Origin: Candidatus Methylomirabilota bacterium
GTDB taxonomy: Bacteria > Methylomirabilota > Methylomirabilia > Rokubacteriales > CSP1-6
NCBI GenBank assembly: GCA_046726415.1
Contig: JBKPAK010000105.1
Span: forward strand, 1-17,549
Reading direction: 5' to 3'
DNA length: 17,549 nucleotides
Part shown: positions 15,695-17,549 of the stretch, piece by piece
Numbering within the stretch: position 1 is the stretch's first letter
Layout of the letters: each line of letters begins with the position of its first letter
Position numbers and translations under genes: made by a program
Notes under the pieces: model-generated
Database searches by the model: none
What the model saw: only the letters and a program-made list of their open reading frames with translations
Told to the model about the DNA's origin: nothing

Positions 15695-16661
15695 AACCGT
15701 ACAGGTGGCAGGCGACGAGCCGGCCGCTCGTTTCGCGGAGCGGCGGTTCCTCCGTCGCGCAGTGGGGCATAGCGAACCTACACCGCGGGTGGAAGCGGCA
15801 GCCGGCCGGGGGATCGAGCGGGCTGGGCACCTCGCCCGACAGCACGACCTGCTCGCGCGGTCCGTCGAGGTCAACGGGCAGGGCGGCGGCGAAGAGCGCC
15901 TGCGTGTACGGGTGCTGAGGCTCCAGCGCTACCGAATCCGCGTCGCCCCACTCCACGATCTTGCCGAGGTACATCACCGCGATGGCGTGGCTCATGTGGG
16001 CCACGGCCGCGAGATCGTGGGCGATGAAGAGATAAGCCACGTCCAGACGCTCCTGGAGCTCGGTCAGGAGATTGAGGATCTGAGCGCGGATGGACACGTC
16101 GAGCGCGGAGACGGGCTCGTCGAGCACGATGAGCTTGGGGGAGAGCGCCAGGGCGCGCGCGATGGCGATGCGCTGGCGCTGTCCGCCCGAGAACTCGTGA
16201 GGATAGAGCATGGCCGAGCGCTCGGGCAGGCTCACCAGGTCGAGGAGTTCGGCCACGCGCTGGCGGCGCGCGGCGGCGTCCAGCTCGGTGTTGATGACCA
16301 GCGGTTCGGCCACGATGGCGCCCACCCGCATCCGCGGGTCGAGCGACGCATATGGGTCCTGGAACACGGCCTGGACCGAACGCCGCAATCGCTGCCGCCC
16401 CAGGCGATCGAGGGTCAGGACATCCCGGCCCTCGAAGCGGATCGCCCCCGCCGTCGGCCGCTCGAGGCCCAGAATCAGCTTCGACGTCGTGGTCTTGCCG
16501 CAGCCGGACTCACCGACCAGACCGAGCGTGTGGCCCCCGTCGAGCGTGAACGAGATCGAGTCCACCGCCCGCACCAGCGCCGTGGACCAGCCGAGCTTGC
16601 CGCGCCGCACCCGGAACAGCTTCGCGAGATCGGCGACTTCGACCAGCGGCATGCGCGTCAC
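15693..16661 (-). CDS. oppF: Oligopeptide/dipeptide ABC transporter ATP-binding protein (OppF/DppF-like); start GTG 16661 or ATG 16652
   Basis: VRAVDSISF, Walker A GESGCGKT, VFQDPYASLDPR, YPHEFSGGQRQR, Walker B IVLDEP, H-loop IAHDL, C-terminal PPAGCRFHPRC...VACH. Confidence 0.95.
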   Translation of the reverse strand: MTRMPLVEVADLAKLFRVRRGKLGWSTALVRAVDSISFTLDGGHTLGLVGESGCGKTTTSKLILGLERPTAGAIRFEGRDVLTLDRLGRQRLRRSVQAVFQDPYASLDPRMRVGAIVAEPLVINTELDAAARRQRVAELLDLVSLPERSAMLYPHEFSGGQRQRIAIARALALSPKLIVLDEPVSALDVSIRAQILNLLTELQERLDVAYLFIAHDLAAVAHMSHAIAVMYLGKIVEWGDADSVALEPQHPYTQALFAAALPVDLDGPREQVVLSGEVPSPLDPPAGCRFHPRCRFAMPHCATEEPPLRETSGRLVACHLYG

Positions 16662-17549
16662 GACGGCCCGTGCAGCCAGCAGCGCGTGACGTGGCCCTCG
16701 CCCACCGCCACCTCCGGCGGCGCCTCGACGCGGCACCGGTCCATCGCCTGCGGGCAGCGCGGCACGAACGCACAGCCAGGCGGCAGGGCCACGAGGTCGG
16801 GCGGCTGCCCCTCGATGGCCGTGAGGCGGGCGGCCCGGGCACCGACCCGCGGGATGGACTCGAGCAGGGCGCGCGTGTAGGGGTGGGCCGGCGCCGCGAA
16901 GAGCTGGCGCACCGGTCCCAGCTCCACGATGCGCCCGGCATACATCACCGCCACGCTGTCGCACATGCGCGCGACGATGCCGAGGTTGTGGGTGACGAAG
17001 ATCATGGCCAGGCGGTGGCGATCCTGCAGCTCTTTCAAGAGATTCAGGTATTGGGCCTGGATCGTGAGGTCCAGGCTGGTCGTCGGCTCATCGGCGATGA
17101 GCAGCCGCGGCGGCCCCGCAATGGCCATGGCGCCCACCACGCGTTGGCGCATACCGCCCGAGAGCTGGTGCGGAAAGACGCGCAGGCGCTCGGCCGGCGA
17201 GGGGATGCGCACGGAGGCCAGGAGCGACGCCGCCCGCGCGGTGAGCGCGCGGCCGCGCAGTCCGTGGTAGGAGGCCACTGGTTCGCGCATCTGCATGCCG
17301 ACGGAGAACACCGGGTTGAGCGAGCTCATCGGGTCCTGAAGGATCATGGCGACCTTGCGGCCACGGATGCGCTGCATCTCTCTCTCGCTCTTGGTCAGAA
17401 GATCCTCACCGTCGAGCAGGACCTGGCCACCCACGGCGCGCGCGGCCGGCCGCGGTACCAACCGCACGATGCTGAGGCACGTCATGCTCTTGCCCGAGCC
17501 CGACTCGCCGACGAGCCCCAAGGTCTCGCCCTCTCGCACGGAGAAGGAA
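16658..17549 (-). CDS. oppD: Oligopeptide/dipeptide ABC transporter ATP-binding protein (OppD/DppD-like), 5' end beyond window edge
   Basis: SFSVREGETLGLVGESGSGKS, MILQDPMSSLNP, FPHQLSGGMRQR, LIADEPTTSLD, VTHNL, PPGCAFVPRC...RCW. Confidence 0.95.
   Translation of the reverse strand, partial: SFSVREGETLGLVGESGSGKSMTCLSIVRLVPRPAARAVGGQVLLDGEDLLTKSEREMQRIRGRKVAMILQDPMSSLNPVFSVGMQMREPVASYHGLRGRALTARAASLLASVRIPSPAERLRVFPHQLSGGMRQRVVGAMAIAGPPRLLIADEPTTSLDLTIQAQYLNLLKELQDRHRLAMIFVTHNLGIVARMCDSVAVMYAGRIVELGPVRQLFAAPAHPYTRALLESIPRVGARAARLTAIEGQPPDLVALPPGCAFVPRCPQAMDRCRVEAPPEVAVGEGHVTRCWLHGPS

Noticed and set aside
1067..16880. Many long overlapping alternative-frame or antisense ORFs (e.g. 1972..3024, 3082..4410, 4608..5849, 8790..9851, 13757..15058, 15606..16880)
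   Set aside because: They are Arg/Gly/Pro/Ala-rich, have no family motifs and overlap well-supported genes, as expected in high-GC DNA with few stop codons.
16662..16964. N-terminal extension of the 423-aa OppF track ORF
   Set aside because: It overlaps the OppD C-terminus in another frame. The real start is at the GTGA overlap (16661) or ATG 16652.

Overview
GC-rich bacterial chromosomal window, almost fully coding. Gene style is reminiscent of Ca. Rokubacteria or similar soil lineages, but this is an inference only. Left to right: a class III CoA-transferase (minus strand, runs off the left edge, missing from the ORF track); a divergent SDR, FAD-dependent DAO-family oxidoreductase and PdxH-like oxidase; minus-strand DUF1326 protein, SAM methyltransferase and large alpha/beta-hydrolase-domain protein; a divergent FabG-like SDR coupled to a class I-alpha DAHP synthase; then a minus-strand run of DUF2071, DUF2236/MpaB-like oxygenase, AlkB-like dioxygenase, GT39/ArnT-like glycosyltransferase, a small hydrophobic ORF, a Phd/YefM antitoxin plus PIN toxin pair, and two Opp/Dpp ABC ATPases (the last runs off the right edge). 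I saw no tRNA, rRNA, CRISPR array, integrase or transposase. The most notable observations are: (1) a five-ORF chain headed by the toxin-antitoxin pair in which every junction is a 4-nt start/stop overlap; (2) three consecutive inverted repeats between the CoA-transferase and the SDR; (3) a palindromic element in frame at the 5' end of the glycosyltransferase; (4) three genes with a leaderless -10/N6/ATG layout. None of these is proof of a new system.
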